In this document: in pieces, positions 42,242 to 51,270 of the stretch
How positions within the stretch are numbered: position 1 is the first letter of the stretch
Layout: each line of letters opens with the position of its first letter
Source: Myxococcales bacterium
GTDB taxonomy: Bacteria > Myxococcota_A > Polyangia > Polyangiales > Houyiibacteriaceae
Assembly: GCA_024643985.1 (NCBI GenBank)
Contig: JAHELW010000002.1
Location: forward strand, 9,335-73,334
Direction of reading: 5' to 3'
DNA length: 64,000 nt
Notes under the pieces: generated by a model
What the model was told of the DNA's origin: nothing
Seen by the model: only the letters and a program-made list of their open reading frames with translations
Database searches by the model: none
Translations under genes and position numbers: made by a program

Positions 42242-43744
42242 GTGCAACGGCTTTTTACTCGACAGGAGTCCCGCGAAGTCGATCGCGTGGCAATCGAAGA
42301 GCTCGGCGTCGTCAGCCTCGTGCTGATGGAAAACGCGGGGCGCGGGGCGACCGATGCCCTTTGCGATGTTTTCGACGACCGGCTCGACCGCGTGGTTCTC
42401 GTCGGCGGGCCGGGGCAAAACGGAGGCGACGCCTGGGTCGTTGCCCGCCGTCTGCTGCTCCTCGGCCACCGACCCCTCGCGGTGCTGGTCGGCGAGTCGG
42501 CTCGTCTGCGGGGCGACGCCCAAGCGAATTGGGCTCTGCTCGGTAAGCTCGGTGTCGAAACGATCGAGCTCCCGCCCGACCAGGCAAGCACGCTCGGCAC
42601 GCATCTTCGCGACGCGAGCCTCGTCGTCGACGGTCTCTTCGGTACCGGGCTCGACCGTCCCATCACGGGAGGCTACGCGGATGCCGTCACGGAAATCGAG
42701 GCGGCGGCTGCACCGGTGGTCGCGCTCGACCTTCCGAGTGGTCTGGACGCAGACACCGGCGCGGTTTTCGGCGTTGCGCCGGGCGCCGCGCTGACGGTGA
42801 CTTTTGCCGGCCACAAGCGAGGGCTCCACCAGTATCCAGGCGTCGAGCACGCGGGCGAGGTTCGCGTGGTCGACATCGGGGTTCCGGTGGCCGGCACACC
42901 TTCGGCGAGCCTTTGGATGCAAGAGGATCTTGCCGCGCTCATCGCCCCACGCGCGGACGATGCGCACAAGGGTACCCACGGCCATCTGCTCGTGATCGGC
43001 GGCGCTCCCGGCAAGACCGGCGCGGCCGTCCTTGCAGGTCGCGCTGCGTTCCGTGCCGGTGCCGGGCTCGTCACCATCGGGGCGCGCGCCGACTCGCGCG
43101 CGGCGCTCGAGGAAAAGGTCATCGAGCTGATGACGACCGAGCTTCCCGGGGAAGCGAGTCCCGCGGCGGTCGAAGAGATCTGCCGTGAAAAGCGCGCGGC
43201 GGTTCTCGGACCGGGAATGGGCCTCGACGACCTGGGCCGCGCGTGGGCGCTGGCGGTTGCGCGCCATGCGCCAGTCCCGACGGTCATCGATGCGGACGGC
43301 CTGACCCATCTCGTCGACGAAGGGCTCGAGGTGCTACGAAACGCAGCAGCGCCGCGCGTGCTCACGCCGCATCCCGGTGAAGCCGCAAGGTTGCTAGGCG
43401 TCTCGACGTCGGAAGTTCAGCGCGACCGATACACCGCGGCCGCGGCGCTCGCCGAACGCTCGGGGCAGGTCGTGATCCTCAAGGGCGCGCGCAGCATCGT
43501 TGCGGCCCTAGGTGAGCTTCGCGTGTGTGCCGAGGGAACGCCGGCGCTTGGCGTCGCCGGAACGGGTGACGTGCTGAGCGGAGTGGTCGGCGCGCTCTGC
43601 ATGAGCTTGGCGCCGGTCGACGCCGCAATCGGGGGGGCGCTGCTTCATGCGCTCGCCGGCGTCGAAGCGTCCGTCGGAGATCGCGGGCTGATTGCATCCG
43701 AGGTCGCCGACGCCGTGCCGGTCGTCCTCGAGCACCTCGGCTGA
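42242..43744 (+). CDS. nnr: Bifunctional NAD(P)H-hydrate epimerase / ADP-dependent dehydratase
   Basis: N-terminal YjeF_N (VSLVLMENAGRGA...VLVGGPGQNGGDAWVVAR) and a C-terminal carbohydrate-kinase-like part (KGTHGHLLVIGGAPGKTGAAVLAG ... GTGDVLSG). Confidence 0.9.
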   Translation: MQRLFTRQESREVDRVAIEELGVVSLVLMENAGRGATDALCDVFDDRLDRVVLVGGPGQNGGDAWVVARRLLLLGHRPLAVLVGESARLRGDAQANWALLGKLGVETIELPPDQASTLGTHLRDASLVVDGLFGTGLDRPITGGYADAVTEIEAAAAPVVALDLPSGLDADTGAVFGVAPGAALTVTFAGHKRGLHQYPGVEHAGEVRVVDIGVPVAGTPSASLWMQEDLAALIAPRADDAHKGTHGHLLVIGGAPGKTGAAVLAGRAAFRAGAGLVTIGARADSRAALEEKVIELMTTELPGEASPAAVEEICREKRAAVLGPGMGLDDLGRAWALAVARHAPVPTVIDADGLTHLVDEGLEVLRNAAAPRVLTPHPGEAARLLGVSTSEVQRDRYTAAAALAERSGQVVILKGARSIVAALGELRVCAEGTPALGVAGTGDVLSGVVGALCMSLAPVDAAIGGALLHALAGVEASVGDRGLIASEVADAVPVVLEHLG

Positions 43745-43766
43745 TCGGCCGAGGTGAGGGCGACAG

Positions 43767-43788
43767 GATGACACGACACCGTGTCATC
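43767..43788. other. Perfect 9-bp stem / 4-nt loop hairpin nested in a second inverted repeat
   Basis: GATGACACG-ACAC-CGTGTCATC, flanked by CAGGATG ... CATCCTG (43764-43802). It lies between the nnr stop and the ECF sigma start. Confidence 0.4.
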
Positions 43789-43847
43789 GAGAGGACATCC
43801 TGACGCTGCGGAAGCCGCGGGGCACCCGGAATTCTTGGGTTTTCGAC

Positions 43848-44393
43848 ATGGCATCCCCGTTGCAATCACACGGAGCGATGCACCACGACCCGTACCACGA
43901 CGAAATCCTACCCTGTGTGCCGGACCTCTCGAGGACGGCGCTACGACTCGCTCGCGGCACCGCGCTCGCCGACGACCTGGTCCAAGAGACCCTGACCCGC
44001 GCCTGGCAGGCGCGCGCGAGCTTTCGCCCCGGAACGAACGCGCGTGCTTGGACTCACCGCATTCTCTTCAACACCTACATCAACCACTATCGAAAGAAGA
44101 AGCGAGAGAGAGAGGCGCTCGAAGAGCTCCGCAGGATGGAGACTCGCGCCTCGCGCTCGGCGCAAGATGGCTTCGGCGATGAGGTCGCGGCCGCGCTCCG
44201 CGCGCTTCAGCCCGAGTTCCGTCGCGCCGTGGAGCTCGTCGACGTCGGGGAGCTCTCCTACCAAGACGCTGCGGACGAGCTCGAGTGCCCGGTTGGCACG
44301 GTCATGTCCCGCCTTCACCTCGGCCGGAAGCGGCTTCGACGGGCGCTCCGGACCTATGCCGTCGATCAGGGCGTGGTCCGAAACGCAGCCTAG
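43848..44393 (+). CDS. ECF RNA polymerase sigma factor (no adjacent anti-sigma recognised)
   Basis: Region 2 DDLVQETLTRAWQARASFRPGTNARAWTHRILFNTYINHYRK and region 4 LQPEFRRAVELVDVGELSYQDAADELECPVGTVMSRLHLGRKRLR. Confidence 0.85.
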   Translation: MASPLQSHGAMHHDPYHDEILPCVPDLSRTALRLARGTALADDLVQETLTRAWQARASFRPGTNARAWTHRILFNTYINHYRKKKREREALEELRRMETRASRSAQDGFGDEVAAALRALQPEFRRAVELVDVGELSYQDAADELECPVGTVMSRLHLGRKRLRRALRTYAVDQGVVRNAA

Positions 44394-44467
44394 CGGCCGG
44401 GGCGACAAAAAATACCCGACAAAACCGATGTGAAAACCATAGGATATCGCGTAACGCCCCGTTAGCC

Positions 44468-44496
44468 TTGACGAAACCGCCCGAAGTTACATATTG
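44468..44496 (+). promoter_or_regulatory. Candidate sigma-70-type promoter directly abutting the moeB-like start
   Basis: TTGACG (44468-44473), a 16-17 nt spacer, then CATATT/ATATTG ending 5-6 nt before the ATG at 44502. It lies in an unusually AT-rich 100-nt gap. Confidence 0.25.
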
Positions 44497-44501
44497 CGGG
44501 C

Positions 44502-45668
44502 ATGGCCAAGACATACGCTGACTTGCTCCAAGAGGTGAAGGGCGCGATCCGCCAGGTCTCCCTCGAGGATTTGAAGAGCCGGCTCGATGCGGGTGAGGAG
44601 CTGGTGCTGCTCGACGTCCGCGAAAAGGACGAGTGGCGCCAGGGGCACATCCCAGGCGCGATGCACATCCCGCGAGGCTTCCTCGAGATGCAGGCAGCAT
44701 CACGGCTTCCCGACAAGGACGCGAAGATCGTGACGGTGTGCGCTGGCGGGATTCGGTCGGCGTTTGCCGCGAAGGTTCTGCAGGACCTCGGCTACACCAA
44801 CGTCGAGTCCGCCAACCCCGGCTACAACCAGTGGAAGGACGGCGGCTATCCAGTCACGCAGCCGTTCACGTTCACGGACGCGCAGCTCAATCGGTATTCG
44901 CGTCACCTGCTGTTGCCCGAGGTGGGTGAGCAGGGCCAGGCCAAGCTTCTTCAGGGGAGGGTCCTTCTCTTGGGCGCGGGCGGGCTCGGATCGCCGGCAG
45001 CGCTCTATCTCGCGGCGGCGGGCGTCGGCACGATCGGCGTCGTCGATGGCGACGTGGTAGACGAGTCGAACCTCCAGCGACAGGTCTTGCACGGGCTCGA
45101 CCGCGTCGGCGAATCCAAGGTGGAAAGCGGAAAGCGCACGATCGAGAACCTGAATCCCGACGTGAACGTGATCGCGTTCAACGAGCGGCTCACGCGCCAA
45201 AACGTCGACCGCATCTTCGATCAAGATTGGGACGTCATCGTCGACGGCCTCGACAACTTCGCTACGCGCTATCTCGTCAACGACGCCAGCGTGTGGAAGA
45301 ACATCCCCGTCGTCCACGGGTCGATCTTCCGTTTCGACGGTCAAGTAACCACCTTCTGGCCGCACCACGGTCCGTGCTACCGCTGCCTCTATCCTGAGCC
45401 ACCGCCGCCCCACCTCGCGCCGTCATGCGCCGAGGCGGGTGTCCTCGGAGTGCTGCCGGGCGCAATCGGCACGCTCCAGGCGACGGAGGCCGTGAAGATC
45501 GTTCTCGAGCGCGGCGACCCGCTCGTCGGCCGTCTGCTCCAGTACGACTCGCTCCAAATGCAGTTCCGCACGTTCAAGCTCCGGCGCAACAAAGACTGCC
45601 CGGTCTGCGGCGATCACCCGACGATCACCGAATACATCGACTACGAGCACTTCTGCTCCGGCGGCTAG
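44502..45668 (+). CDS. Rhodanese-domain / MoeB-ThiF-family adenylyltransferase fusion
   Basis: N-terminal rhodanese (LLDVREKDEWRQGHIPGAMHIPRG ... active-site CAGGIRS). Then RYSRHLLLPEVGEQGQAKL...LLLGAGGLGSPAALYLAAAGVG and CxxC pairs (CYRC, CPVC). Confidence 0.9.
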   Translation: MAKTYADLLQEVKGAIRQVSLEDLKSRLDAGEELVLLDVREKDEWRQGHIPGAMHIPRGFLEMQAASRLPDKDAKIVTVCAGGIRSAFAAKVLQDLGYTNVESANPGYNQWKDGGYPVTQPFTFTDAQLNRYSRHLLLPEVGEQGQAKLLQGRVLLLGAGGLGSPAALYLAAAGVGTIGVVDGDVVDESNLQRQVLHGLDRVGESKVESGKRTIENLNPDVNVIAFNERLTRQNVDRIFDQDWDVIVDGLDNFATRYLVNDASVWKNIPVVHGSIFRFDGQVTTFWPHHGPCYRCLYPEPPPPHLAPSCAEAGVLGVLPGAIGTLQATEAVKIVLERGDPLVGRLLQYDSLQMQFRTFKLRRNKDCPVCGDHPTITEYIDYEHFCSGG

Positions 45669-46163
45669 GGGGACATTCTCCCCCTCCGCAAACCCCCTAA
45701 TTCCAAGCACTTACGACCCACACCGCGAAAACCTGAATTCGAGGCAGCGCTACCGCGCGTACGGGTCTCGGAAAAAACACGACATGGGCCTGCGCGGAGC
45801 GGGAGCGCCTGCAAATGCGGCCCGTAGAACTGGGAGTGTAGGCCGCGCACGCGCTCCCTCGGGCTGCGCGCCAATCGCCGGTGGTAACTGTCGTGGCGAT
45901 TGTCACTTGGCACGTCCGCTCCGACCCACGTCGCGTTTTTTCCGAGCCCCTAGGTCGAAGTCTTGCCCCTTCCCAGGCGGGCGTGATGCAGGCGGAAGCG
46001 CGAGCCCGAAGGGCGAAGCCCGGCGCGCATGCGCCGCCAAGCCGAAGCGCAGCGCAGGCGCGGAGGGAGGGGGACATGCTCCCCCTCTCGGAAGGCTGTC
46101 ATTTCAAGGTGTGGGTCGTAAGTGTTTGAAAAGAGGGCGTTTGGGAGGGGGGAGAATGTCCCC
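45669..46163. mobile_element. MITE-like structured repeat, copy 2 (495 bp)
   Basis: It starts right after the TAG stop (45666-45668), and its last base is part of the CTA (TAG) stop of the convergent gene (46163-46165). It has the same left and right arms as copy 1, with the core present as a reverse complement. An extra internal arm-tip-like motif GGGGACATGCTCCCCCTC lies at 46070-46087. Confidence 0.7.
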
Positions 46164-46765
46164 TAGTTTTTGAAGGGGGCGACGGGGCCTTCTAGGAGGA
46201 AGGGGTGGAGCTCCGAGAGCTGTTTCTTCGTGAAGCCCACTCGGCCGATGCCTAGGTACAAGCCCGGGCCTACTTTGCGGAGCTCGTCGAACATCGTCTG
46301 CACGAATGCGCCGCCGATTCCGCCTCGCGTGAAGCTGTTGAACTCGGCGTACTCCAGATGGAAGCTGTCGTTTTCGTCTCCCGGGATCTTCGAAGGGCCG
46401 ATGCGCGTCCGCATCCGCGCCGAACGCTTCACCCCGCGCGGCGTCATGAAGCTGTTGTAGCCATGACCCTCGTTCGACCCCAGCGGCTCGAACGCCTTGC
46501 AGAGCCAGCGGCCTTTGACGTTGAGCGCCATGCAGGCCGCGATGAACGCCTGGCCGCTGCCTTGTTCGAGAAGCGTGGCGGCGAACTCCCCGTTCATCTC
46601 CTCGAAGGAGGGCGCGGGAAGCCGATGAAAGAGAGCGACGAGCTCCTCGTGCGTCATCATCCAGAGGTCGACGTCACGAAGCGCCGCGGTGGGGGAAGAG
46701 GATACCTGCTCGACGATTGGGGCGGTCATGGGCAAAGGTTGACTCAACGCTCCGGGTGCCGCCAC
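46163..46765 (-). CDS. Hypothetical protein (faint resemblance to GXWXG/DUF4334-type proteins)
   Basis: 200-aa ORF with protein-like composition (…GRWLCKAFEP…GHGYNSFM…FDELRKVGPGLYLGIG). Family assignment is uncertain. Confidence 0.6.
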   Translation of the reverse strand: MAAPGALSQPLPMTAPIVEQVSSSPTAALRDVDLWMMTHEELVALFHRLPAPSFEEMNGEFAATLLEQGSGQAFIAACMALNVKGRWLCKAFEPLGSNEGHGYNSFMTPRGVKRSARMRTRIGPSKIPGDENDSFHLEYAEFNSFTRGGIGGAFVQTMFDELRKVGPGLYLGIGRVGFTKKQLSELHPFLLEGPVAPFKN

Positions 46766-46796
46766 GCGCGCACTCGGAACCTGCTACGTTCTTCCC

Positions 46797-47627
46797 ATGC
46801 GTCCGGGGACCACGCTTCTTCTCGTCTCGATGCTCGTCGCCTGCGAAAACAGCGCCGCAATCGAGCGTACCGAAACCCAGCTCCGCGAGGTGGACCTTCC
46901 TCGAATCCAAGAGCTGGTCCAAAAAGACCTCGAGAATCACCAGGCCGGCGTCGCCAAGGCGGCGGCGAGGCTCGCGCCTGGCTTCTCCGTCGAGAACCCG
47001 GAACGCCGCGAGTCGGAAGTGCGCGCAGCGTTGAGGATTCTCCAGCAACCCAAGAAGGGCATTGATGAATTCGTCGCGTCGCCGATGTCCTTCCTCGCGG
47101 CGGTCGGGGCGGACGGAGTCGTGGTCGCGCGCGATCGAGAGCCCGATCGAATGGCCGGACAGGACTTCAAGACCCGCTTTGAAGTCGTGCGGCAGGCGCT
47201 TGGGGGAACCGCTTCGACGGGGCTTGGAGAGTTCTACGCCGAGGACCCGAAGGCTCCGTCGTCGTGGTCGATCCTGTTTGCAGCCCCGTCGATGAAGAAC
47301 GGGCAGGTCGTGGGGGCCGTGCTGGCGGGCATCCCCCTTTCCCGGCTCGCCCAGCGGTTGAGCCGTCAGTTCCGGGTCGAGCAAGCCGCAGGCGACCCCG
47401 TTTGGGTCTACCTCTACAAAGCCAACAGGCTCTTTCATTGGGACACTCCCCCCGAGGTCGACGCCATGGTGCGCAACCCTTCGGCGCGCGCCGAGCGCCT
47501 GGCTGCGTCACCGGCCGGCTACGCGGAAAAGGCTCGCCTTCAGGGAGAGCTTCAGGTGTATGGGGTCTTTCCGATCGAGCTGCTCGCACCCGACATCGGC
47601 ACCATCATCGTGCGAACACCGAGGTAG
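46797..47627 (+). CDS. Hypothetical lipoprotein
   Basis: MRPGTTLLLVSMLVAC lipobox. The globular part has no recognised family and could be a periplasmic sensor-like fold. Confidence 0.6.
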   Translation: MRPGTTLLLVSMLVACENSAAIERTETQLREVDLPRIQELVQKDLENHQAGVAKAAARLAPGFSVENPERRESEVRAALRILQQPKKGIDEFVASPMSFLAAVGADGVVVARDREPDRMAGQDFKTRFEVVRQALGGTASTGLGEFYAEDPKAPSSWSILFAAPSMKNGQVVGAVLAGIPLSRLAQRLSRQFRVEQAAGDPVWVYLYKANRLFHWDTPPEVDAMVRNPSARAERLAASPAGYAEKARLQGELQVYGVFPIELLAPDIGTIIVRTPR

Positions 47628-47634
47628 CGGCGGC

Positions 47635-47772
47635 TCAGAGGGGCTCGCCGTCCGGTCCGTCCCGCACGATCATGCGCTGAGGCACGGAAATCCGAATGCC
47701 GAGCTCGCGGACGAGAGCCAGCACGAAAAGAGCTCGAGCCGTTCGAGCGAGTGGCTTCATCGTCTGCATCAT
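47635..47772 (-). CDS. Candidate 45-aa ORF translationally coupled to aat (weak)
   Basis: The ATG at 47772 overlaps the aat stop (ATGA). It encodes MMQTMKPLARTARALFVLALVRELGIRISVPQRMIVRDGPDGEPL. G/C-rich third positions. No homolog known to me. Confidence 0.25.
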   Translation of the reverse strand: MMQTMKPLARTARALFVLALVRELGIRISVPQRMIVRDGPDGEPL

Positions 47773-48494
47773 AGCGGAGTTTTCAGGCGCGTGAGGGCCT
47801 CCTCCGGCGTCATCGTCAGGCTCCAGGGGGCCATCAGGCTCGGCTCGTCGACCGCCGAGCGCCACTCGGACAGAAAACGCTCGCGCGGCCACATCGTCGC
47901 GCCGAACCTAGCGAGATGCTCGGTGTGGACCTGGCAGTCGACGACGCGAAACCCCCACGTGACGAGGTGCCCGAGTAGCGTCGTGAATGCGATCTTCGAT
48001 GCGTCCGGCTCCGAGGCGAACATCGACTCGCCGGCAAATGTCCGTCCGAGCGCGACGCCGTAGAGGCCTCCGACCAGACGGTCGTCGCGCCATGCCTCGA
48101 TGCTGTGAGCGTATCCGAGCTCGTGAAGCCCGAGATAGCCATCCCGAAGCTCGCGCGTGATCCACGTTCCCTGCTGATGGGGGCGCGGCATCGCCGCACA
48201 CGCCGCGATCACGTCCAAAAAGGCCGTGTCGGCGGTGACTCGAAGCTCCCCCTTTCGAATGACCTTGCGAAGCGAGCGGGACACGTGGGCGCGCGAGGGC
48301 TCCAGCGCAAAACGCGGGTCCGGCGAAAACCAGAGGAGAGGATAGCCGCGGGCTGGCCAAGGAAAGATGCCTTGGCGGTACGCGAGAAGCAGCCGTTGAG
48401 GGCAGAGGTCACCGCCCACCGCGACGATGCCCTCTTCGTTGGCATGCTCCGGCGGAGGGAAGATGAGCTCCTTTTCGAGTAGGTACACGGGCAT
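47769..48494 (-). CDS. aat: Leucyl/phenylalanyl-tRNA--protein transferase
   Basis: LLLAYRQGIFPW, LLWFSPDPRFAL, GTWITRELRDGYLGLHELGYAHSIEAW, LVGGLYGVALGRTFAGESMF. Confidence 0.9.
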   Translation of the reverse strand: MPVYLLEKELIFPPPEHANEEGIVAVGGDLCPQRLLLAYRQGIFPWPARGYPLLWFSPDPRFALEPSRAHVSRSLRKVIRKGELRVTADTAFLDVIAACAAMPRPHQQGTWITRELRDGYLGLHELGYAHSIEAWRDDRLVGGLYGVALGRTFAGESMFASEPDASKIAFTTLLGHLVTWGFRVVDCQVHTEHLARFGATMWPRERFLSEWRSAVDEPSLMAPWSLTMTPEEALTRLKTPL

Positions 48495-48545
48495 CGCGGG
48501 ACGCCGTAGGCTAGCGCAAAGGACGGAGAGGGTCGTTCTCGCCCG

Positions 48546-50843
48546 CTAAGCTTCGGCCGCCGGGGCGTTCGTGTCGAGGAACGAAAGCGTGATCTCGCCG
48601 TCTTCCACGTCGGCCATCGCCGTTCCGCCCTCTTTGAGACTGCCGAACACCATCGCCTCGGCGAGCGGTTTCTTGAGCTTCTGCTCCACCAAGCGCGCCA
48701 TCGGCCGCGCGCCCATCTGCGGGTCGTAGCCGTGCTCGGCGAGCCAGTCGCGCGCGGCCTCGCTGAGCTTGAGGTCGACCTGCTTTTCGGCGAGCATCGC
48801 GCCCAGCAGACCGACCTCTTTGTCGACGACCTTGCGAATGACCGGCTTCGGCAGTCCGCTGAAGTACACGACGGCGTCGAGCCGGTTCCGGAACTCGGGG
48901 GTGAAGATCCGCTCGATCGCTTGACGCGCGCGCCCGGTGGCGAAGTCCTTCGGCTCTTCCCCGCCGCCGAAGCCGACGACCTTCTCCGTGGCTTCGAACG
49001 CGCCGGCGTTGGTCGTCATGACGAGGACGATGTTGCGGAAGTCCGCCTCGCGCCCGTTGTTGTCGGTGAGCTTCGCGTGGTCCATGACCTGAAGCAGGAT
49101 GTTGAAAAGCTCCGGGTGGGCCTTTTCGATTTCGTCGAGGATGACGACGGCATGAGGATGCTTGCGGACGGCGTCCGTGAGGAGGCCGCCCTGGTCGAAG
49201 CCGACGTAGCCCGGCGGCGCGCCGATCAGCCGCGAAACGGAGTGCCGCTCGCTATACTCGCTCATGTCGAAGCGCAGCAGCTCGACACCCATCACCCGGG
49301 CCAGTTGCCGCGCGAGCTCCGTCTTGCCGACGCCAGTCGGACCGGCAAAGAGAAAGGAGCCGATCGGCTTGTGCTCCGCGCGGAGCCCGGCCCGTGCGAG
49401 CGTGATCGCGCTGACGACCTTCTCGACGGCCTCGTCCTGCCCGTAGATGACTTTGCGGAGCTCGGGGCCGAGCTCTTTCAGCTGGTCGCGCTCCTTGGCG
49501 CTGACCGACTCGACGGGAACGCGCGCCATCTTGCTGACGACGCGCTCGATCTCTTTGACGGTGATGCGGTGCGTACGCTCGCCTTCCGGACGCATGCGCT
49601 CGAGCGACCCGGCCTCGTCGATCACGTCGATGGCCTTGTCGGGCAGGAACCGCTCGACGATGTGCTTTTGGGCGAGCTGCGCGGCCGCCTCGATCGCCTC
49701 GTCGTCGTACTTCACGTCGTGGTGTTCTTCGTAGTACGGGCGAAGCCCTTTGAGGATTTCGACGGTGTCTTCGAGGCTCGGCTCGTGCACCTCGATCTTC
49801 TGAAAGCGCCGGGCGAGGGCGCGGTCGCGCTCGAGGTGCTTGAAGTCGGTGTAGGTGGTGGAGCCGAGGCAGCGAAGCCGGCCTGATGCGAGCGCCGGCT
49901 TCAGGATGTTTGACGCGTCCATGGAGCTGCCCGTGGTCGCGCCGGCTCCGACGATGGTGTGAATCTCGTCGATGAAGAGGATGGCGTTGTCGAGATCTTG
50001 AAGGCGCTTCATCACGGCCTTGAGACGCTCCTCGAACTGGCCGCGAAACTTCGTGCCCGCGAGCAGCGCACCCATGTCGAGCGAGAAGATCTGCGCATCC
50101 TCGAGGATCTTTGGAACGCGGCCCTCGTAGACACGTCGGGCCAGACCCTCCGCGATTGCGGTCTTGCCGACTCCAGGCTCGCCCACGAACACCGGGTTGT
50201 TCTTCCGCCGACGGCAGAGCACCTGCACCGTCCGATTGAGCTCGTCGTCGCGTCCGATCAGCGGGTCGATCCGGCCCTCGGCGGCCTCGGCGATCAGGTC
50301 TGTCGCAAACGCTTCGAGGGGGTCGCGACCGGCAACCCCGTCGCCCTCGTCGTCGTCGAAATCCGTGTCCGTATACGCGTCGCTCTCGCCCGGGACGATG
50401 TCGGTCCCCACGCCGTGCGAGATGTAGCGCTTGAGATCGAGGGGGGAGACACCCTCCTCCTGGAGCACGAACGCCGCAAACGACTCCTCCTCCTTGAGGA
50501 GCTGGACGAGCACGTTGCTGCCGTCGATGGTCTTCATTTCGGACGAGATCGCGTGAATCGCCGCGCGTTGAAGCACGCGCTCGACCGCGAGCGTCTGACG
50601 CGGCTCAACGGTGACGTTCTCCGGAACGCGCGCGAGCCGCTCCTGAATGAATTCCTCGAGGCGCTTCCGGAGCTGGCGCAGATCCGCTCCGCACGCCCGC
50701 AGCGCCTTCGATGCTTTCGGGTCCTCCGTGAGGGCCAGGAGCAGATGCTCGAGCGTGACGTACTCGTGGCGCATCAATCCGGCCTGATCGAAGGCTTTTC
50801 GGAGCGTCGCCTGAAGCTCTTTGTCGATGACTGGGCCGGCCAT
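48546..50843 (-). CDS. clpA: ATP-dependent Clp protease ATP-binding subunit ClpA
   Basis: Clp_N repeats at the N-terminus. Two AAA modules with Walker [16 protein letters not shown] and [15 protein letters not shown]. No ClpB-type middle domain. Confidence 0.95.
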   Translation of the reverse strand: MAGPVIDKELQATLRKAFDQAGLMRHEYVTLEHLLLALTEDPKASKALRACGADLRQLRKRLEEFIQERLARVPENVTVEPRQTLAVERVLQRAAIHAISSEMKTIDGSNVLVQLLKEEESFAAFVLQEEGVSPLDLKRYISHGVGTDIVPGESDAYTDTDFDDDEGDGVAGRDPLEAFATDLIAEAAEGRIDPLIGRDDELNRTVQVLCRRRKNNPVFVGEPGVGKTAIAEGLARRVYEGRVPKILEDAQIFSLDMGALLAGTKFRGQFEERLKAVMKRLQDLDNAILFIDEIHTIVGAGATTGSSMDASNILKPALASGRLRCLGSTTYTDFKHLERDRALARRFQKIEVHEPSLEDTVEILKGLRPYYEEHHDVKYDDEAIEAAAQLAQKHIVERFLPDKAIDVIDEAGSLERMRPEGERTHRITVKEIERVVSKMARVPVESVSAKERDQLKELGPELRKVIYGQDEAVEKVVSAITLARAGLRAEHKPIGSFLFAGPTGVGKTELARQLARVMGVELLRFDMSEYSERHSVSRLIGAPPGYVGFDQGGLLTDAVRKHPHAVVILDEIEKAHPELFNILLQVMDHAKLTDNNGREADFRNIVLVMTTNAGAFEATEKVVGFGGGEEPKDFATGRARQAIERIFTPEFRNRLDAVVYFSGLPKPVIRKVVDKEVGLLGAMLAEKQVDLKLSEAARDWLAEHGYDPQMGARPMARLVEQKLKKPLAEAMVFGSLKEGGTAMADVEDGEITLSFLDTNAPAAEA

Positions 50844-50845
50844 GG

Positions 50846-51178
50846 CTATCGTTCTTCCTCTTCTTCCGGCTCCATCGTCAAACGGAGCGGGAACTCGTGC
50901 TCGTGGGCCAGGTGCTCCACCCGTTGGATCTTGGTTTCCGCGACCTCTCGCGTGAATACGCCTGCCACCCCCACACCGTTGTGGTGGACGTGGAGCATGA
51001 TGCGAATGGCGTCTTGCTCTCCGAGATGGAAGACCGCCTGGAGCACGTGAACGACGAATTCTCTGGTCGTGTAGTCATCGTTGTGAAGCAAAACCCGGTA
51101 GAGCCGGGGGCGCTTGAGCTTCTTCTCCGGCTGGACTTTGGTGATCGTGCCGGCGTCATTCTCAAACCTTTCGCCCAT
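50846..51178 (-). CDS. clpS: ClpS adaptor protein
   Basis: ATG at 51178. PRLYRVLLHNDDYTTREFVVHVLQAVF...AIRIMLHVHHNGVGVAGVFTREVAETK is the ClpS core. The stop is 2 nt before the clpA start. Confidence 0.9.
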   Translation of the reverse strand: MGERFENDAGTITKVQPEKKLKRPRLYRVLLHNDDYTTREFVVHVLQAVFHLGEQDAIRIMLHVHHNGVGVAGVFTREVAETKIQRVEHLAHEHEFPLRLTMEPEEEEER

Positions 51179-51270
51179 ACTCCATATTAGCGCTTTCTTT
51201 GGCCCGGCCCAGCGCGGAGCCCTCACGCCTCGGGCGAATCTAAGGCCGATTGCGGGGCTTCGCTAGGGGG

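Noticed and set aside
44394-44501. A possible Moco riboswitch upstream of the moeB-like gene, and a cobalamin riboswitch upstream of cobA/hemD (53210-53850).
   Set aside because: The moeB leader is only about 100 nt and lacks the conserved Moco-motif helices as far as I can see. cobA/hemD is preceded by a coding gene 5 nt away. No B12-box-like sequence was noticed.
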